From NCBI GenBank assembly GCA_964552565.1, contig CAZKGL010000001.1:371061-435060 (forward strand): DNA of 64,000 nucleotides. Reading direction: 5' to 3'. This DNA is from an uncultured Gammaproteobacteria bacterium (GTDB lineage Bacteria > Patescibacteriota > Patescibacteriia > UBA9934). The notes under the pieces are model-generated. The model worked only from the letters and a program-made list of their open reading frames with translations, did not search any database and was not told where the DNA came from. Position 1 is the stretch's first letter; the number at the start of each line of letters is the position of its first letter. The position numbers and the translations under genes were made by a program. Of the stretch, positions 43,296 to 52,150 are shown one piece after another.

Positions 43296-43510
43296 GACTT
43301 CATGGTTACGCTACTCAGGCTATTTGGAAGATTTGTTTTTAGGGGTATTTACAGCTTGCTTTGCAATATCAGTTCGACAAATCCCACGTTTAGCGCACGC
43401 ATCCTCACATTCCTGCGCATACTGCGCCTCAAGATACTGAAAGCCGCATTGCTCGCAGGTAAAAAGTGTCTTGTCGTCTTTCTCGACCGTTTTGACCATA
43501 GAGATGGCGA

Positions 43511-43960
43511 TTAGTTTCGAAGCGCTTCTCGTTCTCTGAGAAAGGCCATTTGCGCGTCTTGTAAATGCATAACCGGACGACGTTCTTTGAGATACGCGAC
43601 CGCTTCGTCGGCTGTCTTACCTTGCTCAGCGACAAGATAGGCGGCGACAAGCACAGGCGCTCTTCCATGTCCGTTTTTGCAATGGATGAAGCACGGGATA
43701 TTCTTCCCTGCAAAGAAGCGCAACGCTGCAACGCCGAGATCGGCTTTCTCGTGTGACATAGCAGCATGGTCTTCGGTTGGAAGCCAAAGGAAAAAGTCGA
43801 CGCCGTACGGTTGGTCGATCCGCTCCTTCTCAAGGCTGATGGCAGCGCGCACTCCTCGAGCGATTAATGTATCGTCGAAGTGCGTGACGCAACAGGCATT
43901 CTGACCAATGAAAATCAGTGGGGTTATTTCCGAGTAATCAAAAGATTCGTGAACATGCAT
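43511..43960 (-). CDS. Dual-specificity (Cys-based) protein phosphatase
   Basis: CX5R P-loop HCKNGHGRAP. 149 aa. Last gene of a 4-gene operon. Confidence 0.8.
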   Translation of the reverse strand: MHVHESFDYSEITPLIFIGQNACCVTHFDDTLIARGVRAAISLEKERIDQPYGVDFFLWLPTEDHAAMSHEKADLGVAALRFFAGKNIPCFIHCKNGHGRAPVLVAAYLVAEQGKTADEAVAYLKERRPVMHLQDAQMAFLREREALRN

Positions 43961-43968
43961 AACGTAGT

Positions 43969-44223
43969 TTATGAAGCAATCTTCGCTACTAGCTCTCCTC
44001 GTTGATGCAGGGCTACCACATCATCGTAACCTCCCACGAATTCGTCGCCAATAAAAATCATCGGCACCGTTCTCCAGTTGTATTTTTCGCTCAAAGCCTC
44101 CGCCTCTGCGGCATCTGCAGCAAGGTTCTTTTCCTCAAATGGCACCTTGAGCGAAGTAAAAAGTTGTTTTGCAAGCATGCAATATGCACATCCTGGCGAA
44201 GTGTAAATTGTTACTTGTTTCAT
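43969..44223 (-). CDS. Glutaredoxin
   Basis: 84 aa with a CAYC active site and a TVP...GGYDD glutathione-binding pattern. Its ATG overlaps the upstream TGA. Confidence 0.85.
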   Translation of the reverse strand: MKQVTIYTSPGCAYCMLAKQLFTSLKVPFEEKNLAADAAEAEALSEKYNWRTVPMIFIGDEFVGGYDDVVALHQRGELVAKIAS

Positions 44224-45611
44224 ACAATGGCTTTCACGCTATAAGCGGCGGCACCGACCCCTTCTGCAAATGTCGGATACGCATGAATCATTTTTGCGAT
44301 GGTCGTGTACGGAATATTCGCGAACATCGCGAGCGCAATCTCGTGGACAATCTCAGCCGCAGCCTGACCTACGACGTGGCCGCCGAGCACGTGACCACTT
44401 TCCATGTCGACGATAATTTTTACAAGCCCGTCAGATTCGCCCGTGACGAGCGCCTTGCCGAGCATGGCGTACGGAGCGGTACCGATACCGACTTTCTTGC
44501 CCAGCTTCATCGCTTCTGCTTCCGTCACGCCAACCGACCCAACCTCCGGGGTGCAAAATGTCCCTCGTGGAACAACGCGAAGGTCTGATTGCACAGTATT
44601 GCCTTTTGCTATGTTTGTCGCGGCAATGGTTCCTTGCTCGTGCGCGACGTGGGTGAACAGCATTTGGCCAGCCGCATCGCCCGCAAAGTAGACCGAAGCA
44701 TTGGATATCGACTGCATGAACTCATTCAGTTTTGGCCGACCGCGTTCGTCGAGTGCAATGCTGGCTTTTTCGGGCTCAAGGTCGGCAATGACTGGACGCT
44801 TTCCAACGGCCACGAGAACCGCATTCGCCACGAGCGTTTCGCGTCTCTTTTCAGATCCGAGCTCTATAGTGACACGACGCCCATCTTCGTCCGTTCCCAC
44901 ATCGACAGCCTGAGCTGTGGTAAAAATTTTTACGCCGCGCTTTGTGAAAGCCGCTGCGACAATGCCGGCAATTTCGTCATCTTCACGCGGCAAAATGTGC
45001 GGGGCGAATTCAACTATTGTTACAAGCACGCCAAGTTCCGAGAGGATCTGTGCGGATTCCACGCCGATCGGACCACCACCAATAATGATGATGGATTTCG
45101 GCAACTTTTTCAGCGTTACGATGTCGTCGCTTGTGAGAAAGCCAGACTCTTTCAATCCGGGAATGGGCGGAATTACCGTCTCGGATCCAGTAGCAATAAT
45201 AAAATGTTTTGCAGTAACCCGTTCCTTCCCGACAGCAAGCGTATCGGGTGAAATAAACTTCGCCTTTCCGCGCAAGAGATCGATGCTGAGTCTTTCGAGT
45301 ACGCCCTCGATACGTCCTTCGCCGGTCAACGCATCAACGATGCGAATTTTGCGTTCCATGATTTCGCGAAGACGAAACGAAACGCGCGGGATACGGAGGC
45401 CAAACTCCCCCGCACGGTGGGCGAGGGAGATGACTTCCGACGATCTCAATAATGCCTTTGTCGGCACACAGCCCCAGTTTGGGCATTCGCCGCCAAGACG
45501 CTTCGCGGCCTCAACGAGCGCGATACTCTTTACCCCTGCTTCGCGCGCGGTTTCTGCCGCGGAGAGACCAGCGGAACCGGAGCCGATGATGATGAGATCG
45601 TATGAGCGCAT
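44220..45611 (-). CDS. Class I pyridine nucleotide-disulfide oxidoreductase (Lpd/glutathione-reductase-like)
   Basis: FAD motif GSGSAG, redox-active CPNWGC, an NAD(P) GxGxxG motif and a C-terminal HAYPTFAE His-Glu dyad. There is no MerA CC tail. Confidence 0.85.
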   Translation of the reverse strand: MRSYDLIIIGSGSAGLSAAETAREAGVKSIALVEAAKRLGGECPNWGCVPTKALLRSSEVISLAHRAGEFGLRIPRVSFRLREIMERKIRIVDALTGEGRIEGVLERLSIDLLRGKAKFISPDTLAVGKERVTAKHFIIATGSETVIPPIPGLKESGFLTSDDIVTLKKLPKSIIIIGGGPIGVESAQILSELGVLVTIVEFAPHILPREDDEIAGIVAAAFTKRGVKIFTTAQAVDVGTDEDGRRVTIELGSEKRRETLVANAVLVAVGKRPVIADLEPEKASIALDERGRPKLNEFMQSISNASVYFAGDAAGQMLFTHVAHEQGTIAATNIAKGNTVQSDLRVVPRGTFCTPEVGSVGVTEAEAMKLGKKVGIGTAPYAMLGKALVTGESDGLVKIIVDMESGHVLGGHVVGQAAAEIVHEIALAMFANIPYTTIAKMIHAYPTFAEGVGAAAYSVKAIV

Positions 45612-45615
45612 ACCA

Positions 45616-45780
45616 CTACATTGCCGCGTGATCGTGCTGTACGCCTTCTGCGCACTTCTGGCAGGCCGCAGGAGCGGGGGCACTTTCCGCACCAGCACAC
45701 ATTGGACACATTTCAGCTTCGTTCTCTGGCTTTTGCGGTGCCGGAACCGCTCCGCCGCAGGCTGTACAAACTTTTCCCAT
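45616..45780 (-). CDS. Small Cys-rich protein (three CxxC pairs)
   Basis: MGKVCTACGG...CPMCAG...CQKCAEG. First gene of the operon; ends 4 nt before the reductase start. Confidence 0.4.
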   Translation of the reverse strand: MGKVCTACGGAVPAPQKPENEAEMCPMCAGAESAPAPAACQKCAEGVQHDHAAM

Positions 45781-45893
45781 AGAAAAGAAATAAAGAATCA
45801 ACAACGACAGTATATCGCTTTGCAAGAAATACGCTTGTAGCACAGGCTACAAAACATTGGCTCCGCTGTGGATGAGTGGTACTCTCTCAGCAT

Positions 45894-46556
45894 ATGGATC
45901 GTGTCTGGTACATCAAGAATTTCAATCTCTTCGCTGGTATTCCCAAGGAGGAAATCATGCGCATTGCTGCCTCCGCCAACGATGAGCGACATAACAGTCG
46001 TGCGCTGTTGTATACGCCGCACGACCAGGAAACACGGCTCTTTCTGGTAAAGGAGGGTGAGGTATCGCTGTACCACGTCAAGGATGGGAAGCGCTTTGTT
46101 TTTGACGTCATGGGTCCGGGGACATTGTTTGGCAATGTTGGTATGCAGGAAGGTTCACTTTCTCATTTTGCAGAAGCCGCCGAAGGCACCCGCATCTGCA
46201 CGTTTTCTTCGGCTGACTTTCAGCAGATTATTTCGGCATATCCCGTGGTCATGATGCGGGCGTTTTCGTCACTTGCACATCGACTGGAAGATTACGAAAC
46301 GAAACTCGGAGAGACGCTGTCGGACGCGAAAGAAAAGATTTTGCACGAAATTGAGCGATATGAACAAAAGCGCACACCAAAATTTCTTGAGTGGCTTTCG
46401 GGTGAGGCGACGAAGCGTCAACTTACGCACGAGCATCTCGCAAAATTAACCGGACTTAATCGAGTGACGGTTACGCGGGCAATTCATGATCTTCAGGCCG
46501 AGGGAGAGATTGACGTCGACGAGCACGGAAAAATTGTTATCCACAATAGTTTGTAG
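45894..46556 (+). CDS. Crp/Fnr-family transcriptional regulator
   Basis: cNMP-binding beta-roll followed by a C-terminal HTH (LTHEHLAKLTGLNRVTVTRAIHDLQ). No Fnr-type Cys cluster. Divergent from the Grx operon. Confidence 0.8.
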   Translation: MDRVWYIKNFNLFAGIPKEEIMRIAASANDERHNSRALLYTPHDQETRLFLVKEGEVSLYHVKDGKRFVFDVMGPGTLFGNVGMQEGSLSHFAEAAEGTRICTFSSADFQQIISAYPVVMMRAFSSLAHRLEDYETKLGETLSDAKEKILHEIERYEQKRTPKFLEWLSGEATKRQLTHEHLAKLTGLNRVTVTRAIHDLQAEGEIDVDEHGKIVIHNSL

Positions 46557-46603
46557 TATTTGTTACCGACATATATATGAGCATATCGCTATGATGTGCC
46601 CAT

Positions 46604-47086
46604 ATGAAAAATACTCTTTTTGCGATCGGAGGAATCATTGTCCTTATTGGGCTAGGATACGCAGTCTTTTCACGTCCGTCTGCTACAGACGTACCGCAAC
46701 CGGCTACGACGTCTGGCGTTGAAGCGTCGCCCACTGCGCCAACGGGCGAACAGGTCGTCTATGTAGCCGGGGCGTATCAGGATTTTTCGCAGACCGCGTA
46801 TGACTCCGCGCTTGCTGACGGCAAAACCGTTATTCTTGATTTTCACGCAGACTGGTGCCCAACGTGCCAAGTGAATGAGCCGATTATCAAGTCGGTATTT
46901 TCGACGAATACCGATACCAACATCGTCGGATTCAAAGTGAACTACGATACAGAGATCGGACTGAAGAAGGCGTTTAACATTCAGAGTCAGTCCACAATCA
47001 TTAAGACAGTAAAGGACGAGGCCGCAGAACAACTTGGCCCAGGTCCAGTAACAGCCGAAAGTTTCAGCGCATTTATCCAGTCCTAG
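46604..47086 (+). CDS. Membrane-anchored thioredoxin (TlpA/ResA-like)
   Basis: Signal anchor plus WCPTC. Confidence 0.8.
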   Translation: MKNTLFAIGGIIVLIGLGYAVFSRPSATDVPQPATTSGVEASPTAPTGEQVVYVAGAYQDFSQTAYDSALADGKTVILDFHADWCPTCQVNEPIIKSVFSTNTDTNIVGFKVNYDTEIGLKKAFNIQSQSTIIKTVKDEAAEQLGPGPVTAESFSAFIQS

Positions 47087-47090
47087 TAGT

Positions 47091-47795
47091 ATGGGGATGT
47101 TTTTATTGGCGCTTGTCGCCGGTGCTATCACCGTTACGTCACCGTGTATCATCCCCATTCTTCCGATTATTCTTGGGTCGGTACTGAAGGATCATAAGTG
47201 GTATCCCGTGTACCTCGTGCTCGGGATGTCGACGACGTTCACGGTGCTCGGCATCCTGTTTGGTGCCTTTGGTAGTGCACTTCCGATTGATCGCGTTTTC
47301 CTGAATCAACTCGCCATCTGGCTTATCGGCCTCATGGGAATTGTTCTCCTCGTAAAACCACTTGGCGATCTGTTCTCGCGTGGCACATCTATGCTCACGT
47401 CGTGGCTTGGCTCGTATGGTCCGAAAGCAAACCAGCTCGGACAGCCGGGTGAGGCCTTTGCGCTCGGATCGCTCCTTGGCATCGTCTGGGCACCGTGCGC
47501 CGGACCGATCCTCGGGTCAATCATTTTGCTCGCGTCGGGAACCGGAAGTGTCGTAAAGGCCGGACTACTGCTCTTCACGTACTCAATTGGCGCAGGGATC
47601 CCCATGCTCCTCATTGCCTACGGCGGGAAACGAGCAGTAGCGGGTAAACAGTTCATCCAAGAACAATCCGGCAGATTGAAAATGGCATTCGGTGTCGTCT
47701 TGCTTATCTCGGCACTCCTCATGGCAACGGGGGTGTTTCGCGAGCTGGAATCGCTCATCGTGCCGTATGTTCCCACGTGGAGCACGCAACTCTAA
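47091..47795 (+). CDS. ccdA: Cytochrome c biogenesis protein CcdA / DsbD-beta-domain electron transporter
   Basis: Six TM helices with the two conserved Cys (TSPCIIPILP; WAPCAGPILG). Confidence 0.85.
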   Translation: MGMFLLALVAGAITVTSPCIIPILPIILGSVLKDHKWYPVYLVLGMSTTFTVLGILFGAFGSALPIDRVFLNQLAIWLIGLMGIVLLVKPLGDLFSRGTSMLTSWLGSYGPKANQLGQPGEAFALGSLLGIVWAPCAGPILGSIILLASGTGSVVKAGLLLFTYSIGAGIPMLLIAYGGKRAVAGKQFIQEQSGRLKMAFGVVLLISALLMATGVFRELESLIVPYVPTWSTQL

Positions 47796-47816
47796 CATTT
47801 GAATGTCTATCACCCT

Positions 47817-48074
47817 ATGTCGCTACTCGAATTCTATGGCGCTGAATGCCCACATTGCATGGCGATGATGCCGCTCATTGAACGGTTGAAAAAAGAAGGC
47901 TTTGCCATTGAACAGTTTGAAACCTGGCATAACGAGGAAAACGCCAACAAGTTGAAGGAATACGACAAAGGTTTCTGCGGCGGCGTGCCGTTCTTCATAA
48001 ACACCGAAAGCGGAAAATGGATCTGCGGATCTGAATCCTATGAAGCGCTCCGAGCTTGGGCAGAAGGAAAATAG
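47817..48074 (+). CDS. Thioredoxin-fold protein with a CPHC motif
   Basis: The GAECPHC motif. Short, ~85 aa. Confidence 0.6.
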   Translation: MSLLEFYGAECPHCMAMMPLIERLKKEGFAIEQFETWHNEENANKLKEYDKGFCGGVPFFINTESGKWICGSESYEALRAWAEGK

Positions 48075-48441
48075 CAGCGCTAGGGAAATTCTTCGCATAA
48101 CGGGCATTCCCATTTTGCTTGCATCCCTGTGCTGCCTGAGTCCGGTTATCCTTGTGCTTTTAGGACTCACGACAACGACGTTTGCCGCTTCATTGTCCGA
48201 CACCCTTTACGGACAATATCGCTGGGTGTTCCGACTCGTGGGCTTCGTCGCACTTGCCGTATCGATTATCTGGCATCTGCGAAAGCGAAGGAAGATTTGC
48301 ACATTGGATCAGGCGAAGCGCCAGCGACACAAAATTGTTAACCTCATACTGCTCTCCGTTATCACCGCTATTCTTGGATATGTTTTCTGGCTCTACGTGG
48401 TCGTGGAATATATCGGCAAACTTCTCAATATTTGGAACTAA
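48040..48441 (+). CDS. Small membrane protein with vicinal Cys in TM1 (MerT/MerF-like)
   Basis: ILLASLCCLSPVILVLLG resembles the MerT CC helix. The start overlaps the previous gene by 35 nt. Confidence 0.4.
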   Translation: MKRSELGQKENSSAREILRITGIPILLASLCCLSPVILVLLGLTTTTFAASLSDTLYGQYRWVFRLVGFVALAVSIIWHLRKRRKICTLDQAKRQRHKIVNLILLSVITAILGYVFWLYVVVEYIGKLLNIWN

Positions 48442-48458
48442 TATAACCCCTTCAATCT

Positions 48459-49175
48459 ATGACAGAAAATACAACGCCGCCCGCTAGCTTCTTCAGTGGA
48501 AATCCTAAGATGATATTCGTTTTTGGTCTCGTGGCAGGCATCGCACTCACGTCCTTGGCCGGAGATCTGTTCGCGAATACTGGATCTGCAACCGGTACAG
48601 ACACCGCCGTCGTGAATGCGAACAATACCGGGCCATCTGCTGCGGCCTCCGCAAAAACGCTTGCCGCAGTAACGGAGGACGACCACGTACGAGGCGATCT
48701 TGAAAAAGCAAAGGTCGTGCTTATCGAGTACTCGGATTACGAGTGCCCTTTTTGCGGTAGGCACCATCCCACTATGCTCGATGTAGCAGAGCAATACGGC
48801 GACGATGTCGCTTGGGTGTATCGCCATTTTCCGCTCACGTCCATTCATCCGCAAGCAATGCCAGCAGCGCTCGCCGCCGAGTGTGCGAACGAACAAGGAA
48901 AGTTTTGGGAATATACGGATGCGCTCTTTGAAAACCAGAGCGATCTCAGCTCTTCATTTTATACCGAACTTGCTGGTGACCTTGGCATGAATACGTCAAA
49001 ATTCAGCGACTGCGTGGAAAGCGAGAAATATGCGGCGAGAGTAAAGGCCGATATCGCGTCAGGACAAGCCGCTGGTGCCACGGGCACGCCAGCAACATTC
49101 GTGAATGGCACGTTGGTGTCTGGCGCTGTACCGCTTTCGACATTCACAGGCCTTATAGACGCGGCACTCAAATAA
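48459..49175 (+). CDS. DsbA/BdbD-like thiol-disulfide oxidoreductase
   Basis: TM anchor, CPFC active site and the DSBA-fold cis-Pro region. Confidence 0.8.
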   Translation: MTENTTPPASFFSGNPKMIFVFGLVAGIALTSLAGDLFANTGSATGTDTAVVNANNTGPSAAASAKTLAAVTEDDHVRGDLEKAKVVLIEYSDYECPFCGRHHPTMLDVAEQYGDDVAWVYRHFPLTSIHPQAMPAALAAECANEQGKFWEYTDALFENQSDLSSSFYTELAGDLGMNTSKFSDCVESEKYAARVKADIASGQAAGATGTPATFVNGTLVSGAVPLSTFTGLIDAALK

Positions 49176-49257
49176 ACGAAAAATCGTTGCCGTGGTAGAA
49201 TTCACTCAAAGGTTCCTGACTTTTCAAAAATAATTAACTCATCACCTCACGAAAAAT

Positions 49258-49623
49258 ATGCAAATACTTTTCACCGTCGGTCACATCGTTCTCGGTCTGT
49301 TCTTCCTCATGATGGGCATGATGCACTTCATGAAGATGCGTGACATGACCGCGTATGCCAACATGAAGGGATTGCCAATGCCGTCGCTGTCCGTCGCGGT
49401 AACTGGAATGGTTCTTGCTCTTGGCGGCGCAGGAGTAATTTTTCAAGTCGCGCTCCCTTGGGCATACGGAGCACTGGTCGTATTCCTCGTATCAGCGGCA
49501 TTCCTCATGCATAACTTCTGGGCTGCCAAGGATGCACAGTCAAAGATGAACGACATGGTGAACTTCCAGAAAAATCTCGCCCTTGCCGCCGCCCTCTTGA
49601 TGCTCATCACGCTTCAAGCGTAA
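49258..49623 (+). CDS. DoxX-family membrane protein (island copy)
   Basis: 121 aa. Its C-terminus NFQKNLALAAALLMLITLQA is nearly identical to that of the core DoxX at 36350-36730. Confidence 0.8.
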   Translation: MQILFTVGHIVLGLFFLMMGMMHFMKMRDMTAYANMKGLPMPSLSVAVTGMVLALGGAGVIFQVALPWAYGALVVFLVSAAFLMHNFWAAKDAQSKMNDMVNFQKNLALAAALLMLITLQA

Positions 49624-49632
49624 TTCAATAGT

Positions 49633-50040
49633 GTGAGCAACCTCGTTTTTATTTATCAGGCAAACTCTGGCATTCTTGCGAATATACCGGGAGCCATCGC
49701 GAAAGCGTTTGGCGGAAAGAGCGTGTGTTCGCTGTGCAACATCACGAACGGCCCCTTTCGTGAAAAACCTGAATGGGAAACGTTCGTCGCGTCACTGCAA
49801 GAAAAGCCCGAGATCTATCACGCTAACGAAATACCGATTGACATTGCGTCATTCCTAAAAAAGAACGAGCACCCCATTCCCGTTGTCCTTGAGCGAAATG
49901 GATTTGAATTTACGGTCGCCATGTCTTCCGACGACCTCGATGCATGTCAGGCGGATCCCACCTGCCTCGCCAAGAAACTTACATCCTATACACGCACCTC
50001 GTGTAGCAATGGGGTGTGTTCGCTGAAACAGCCGAGTTGA
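49633..50040 (+). CDS. Hypothetical CxxC protein (possible thioredoxin-fold)
   Basis: GTG start and a CSLC motif. 135 aa. Confidence 0.4.
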   Translation: MSNLVFIYQANSGILANIPGAIAKAFGGKSVCSLCNITNGPFREKPEWETFVASLQEKPEIYHANEIPIDIASFLKKNEHPIPVVLERNGFEFTVAMSSDDLDACQADPTCLAKKLTSYTRTSCSNGVCSLKQPS

Positions 50041-50242
50041 GCTCAGAAAATATGATAGGAAGAATATTAGAAGTTTCCGGTGAGCTTTGCATCGGTTATC
50101 TCGCCACACGAGTGCACAGCCGCGTCGTGAAGGAACATCGCATTGATGCTGCTGTTCTTCGTGAAATGAAAATGGAAAAACATGTAGGAACGGTCGGGAT
50201 GGCACTTATCCTTGTTGGATTTATTTTAGAATCACAAGGAAT

Positions 50243-51592
50243 ATGATTTTACAAAATTGGTGGTACACAACCTTATTGGACGCATCGGTGCGCCACCAGC
50301 CGCCTTTGCGTGGTGCGCTCAAGTGCGACGTTGCGGTTATCGGCGGCGGCATGGCAGGACTCCACGCGGCGCTCCAGCTGAGCCGGATGGGTAAAAAAGT
50401 AATCCTTCTCGAACGAAACATTTGTGGCGGAAGTTCCACAGGAAAAAGCGCAGGGTTTCTTACGCCAGATAGCGAGCTCGAACTCAGCCAACTTGTCAGA
50501 AGATACGGCGTAGACGGTGCAAAAACTGTCTGGAATATGCCCGTGCAAGGCGTCAAACTTATCAAGCAGACGATCAACGATTTTAATATTGCGTGCGATT
50601 TTCGCAAACAAGATAGTCTATTCGTCGGTATTGGTAAGAGTGGCGCCGAGGACGTCGCGAGTGAGGCAAAATCAAGAAAGAGATTGGGATTTGCCTCCAC
50701 AAAGTACAACAAAGACGAGCTCAAAAAGGTGAACGCAGGGCTTGGCTACGAGGCGGGTATCAGATACGACGATACCTATTCCATAAACCCGCTGCTCTAC
50801 GCGCAGGGTTTGAAGCAAGCGTTAATGGACAGCGGCGTACAGATTTTTGAAAGCACCGAGGTGGTGCGCATTGAAGACGGGGCTGCGATTACCCATCTTG
50901 GATCCGTCATGGCGGATAATTTTATCGTTTGCATCGACAAAATGAAGTCGGAATTCAGTTCCGTCGCGAAGCAGACCTATCATGCTCAAACATTTCTTTC
51001 CATTAGCGAACCGCTAGACGACAACGATATTGCAGCAATATTCCCGGATGGCGAAGTGCAGTGTTGGGATTCACGACTTGTCTACAGCTATTATCGACTG
51101 ACACCCGATAAGCGGCTGTTGCTCGGCGGCGGGAGCGCGCTAACGACTTTTTCTCCTAACGATATAAATTCCCCGGCCATCATCAATCAGGTGATCGCGG
51201 ACTTCAAAAAAAGGTTTCCAAAGCTGGAACACGTCGCATTTGTTCAGTACTGGCCTGGGCGCATCGATACCACGAAGGACATCATGCCAATCATCGATTG
51301 GTTTGACGCGCCGAACGTTCAGTATGTTTTGGGCTGTGTCGGTTTGCCGTGGGCAAGTTTTTGCGGAAAGTATGCCGCAGAGCGTCTGTATGAACCACGC
51401 ATCTGTCAAAAGTACTGCATGTATCTCGGTGCTCATCGCTCATTTTTCATCCCGCCATGGCTTCAGAGTATCGTTGGTAAAATGATCAGTTTTTCTCTCA
51501 ACAATGCGTACGCCAAATACTTCGAGAAGGATAGGCCTCAAATGAGCCAGATCATGCATGCCCACAAAGGCGAGCTTCCTTCCCATCGATAA
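50243..51592 (+). CDS. FAD-dependent oxidoreductase (DAO family)
   Basis: N-terminal VAVIGGGMAGLHAALQL Rossmann motif. 449 aa. Confidence 0.8.
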   Translation: MILQNWWYTTLLDASVRHQPPLRGALKCDVAVIGGGMAGLHAALQLSRMGKKVILLERNICGGSSTGKSAGFLTPDSELELSQLVRRYGVDGAKTVWNMPVQGVKLIKQTINDFNIACDFRKQDSLFVGIGKSGAEDVASEAKSRKRLGFASTKYNKDELKKVNAGLGYEAGIRYDDTYSINPLLYAQGLKQALMDSGVQIFESTEVVRIEDGAAITHLGSVMADNFIVCIDKMKSEFSSVAKQTYHAQTFLSISEPLDDNDIAAIFPDGEVQCWDSRLVYSYYRLTPDKRLLLGGGSALTTFSPNDINSPAIINQVIADFKKRFPKLEHVAFVQYWPGRIDTTKDIMPIIDWFDAPNVQYVLGCVGLPWASFCGKYAAERLYEPRICQKYCMYLGAHRSFFIPPWLQSIVGKMISFSLNNAYAKYFEKDRPQMSQIMHAHKGELPSHR

Positions 51593-51595
51593 TAG

Positions 51596-51967
51596 CTAGA
51601 CGATAATTTTCAATTCGAGTTCTATCGTATCCTCTGCGAGAACATGCTCTTTCTTACGTATGCCAGATTTGAGTGGGAGCACATAGCTTCCTAACTTCGA
51701 GTCTGGAAAAATTGACGTCTTCCAGAGTGTTTTCCCGAGCGTCATTTCAACACGAATCGATCCCCATCCTTTTTTCAGTGGCGAAAACCGCGTTTTGATC
51801 TCGCGCGATATCTTTTTTGGCAGAGTAACAAAATGCCATCCGGCCATGCCGGGATACAACCATACTTTCGCTCGAAACGAATAATTTGTTTTCATAGACC
51901 CGGTTGTTTGAGAAAAATCCGACGGTTTTGCGTCCTGGGTGGTTCCGCTTTCTGGATCGAATGCCAA
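51596..51967 (-). CDS. DUF1905-like small protein
   Basis: AKVWLYPGMAGWHFVTLP...GWGSIRV pattern; family recalled from memory. Confidence 0.45.
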   Translation of the reverse strand: MAFDPESGTTQDAKPSDFSQTTGSMKTNYSFRAKVWLYPGMAGWHFVTLPKKISREIKTRFSPLKKGWGSIRVEMTLGKTLWKTSIFPDSKLGSYVLPLKSGIRKKEHVLAEDTIELELKIIV

Positions 51968-52150
51968 GAGTCGCTATTTGCTCAAGCTTTAAACAAAAAA
52001 TCGCCATTTTTCAATGACGACTTTTTGACAAGGCATGTGGGTCACCTCACACGCCTTCTCATGGCTCCGGGGGTGGTCGGGTATTCGAACCTCTATCGAA
52101 CAAGCAAAAAACAGGGACGAATTCGCAATCGTGCGAACTTGGTAGTGTCG

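Noticed and set aside
44220-45611. Mercuric reductase MerA
   Set aside because: It has the CxxxxC redox centre and a His-Glu C-terminal dyad, but lacks the C-terminal vicinal Cys pair and the N-terminal HMA domain of MerA.
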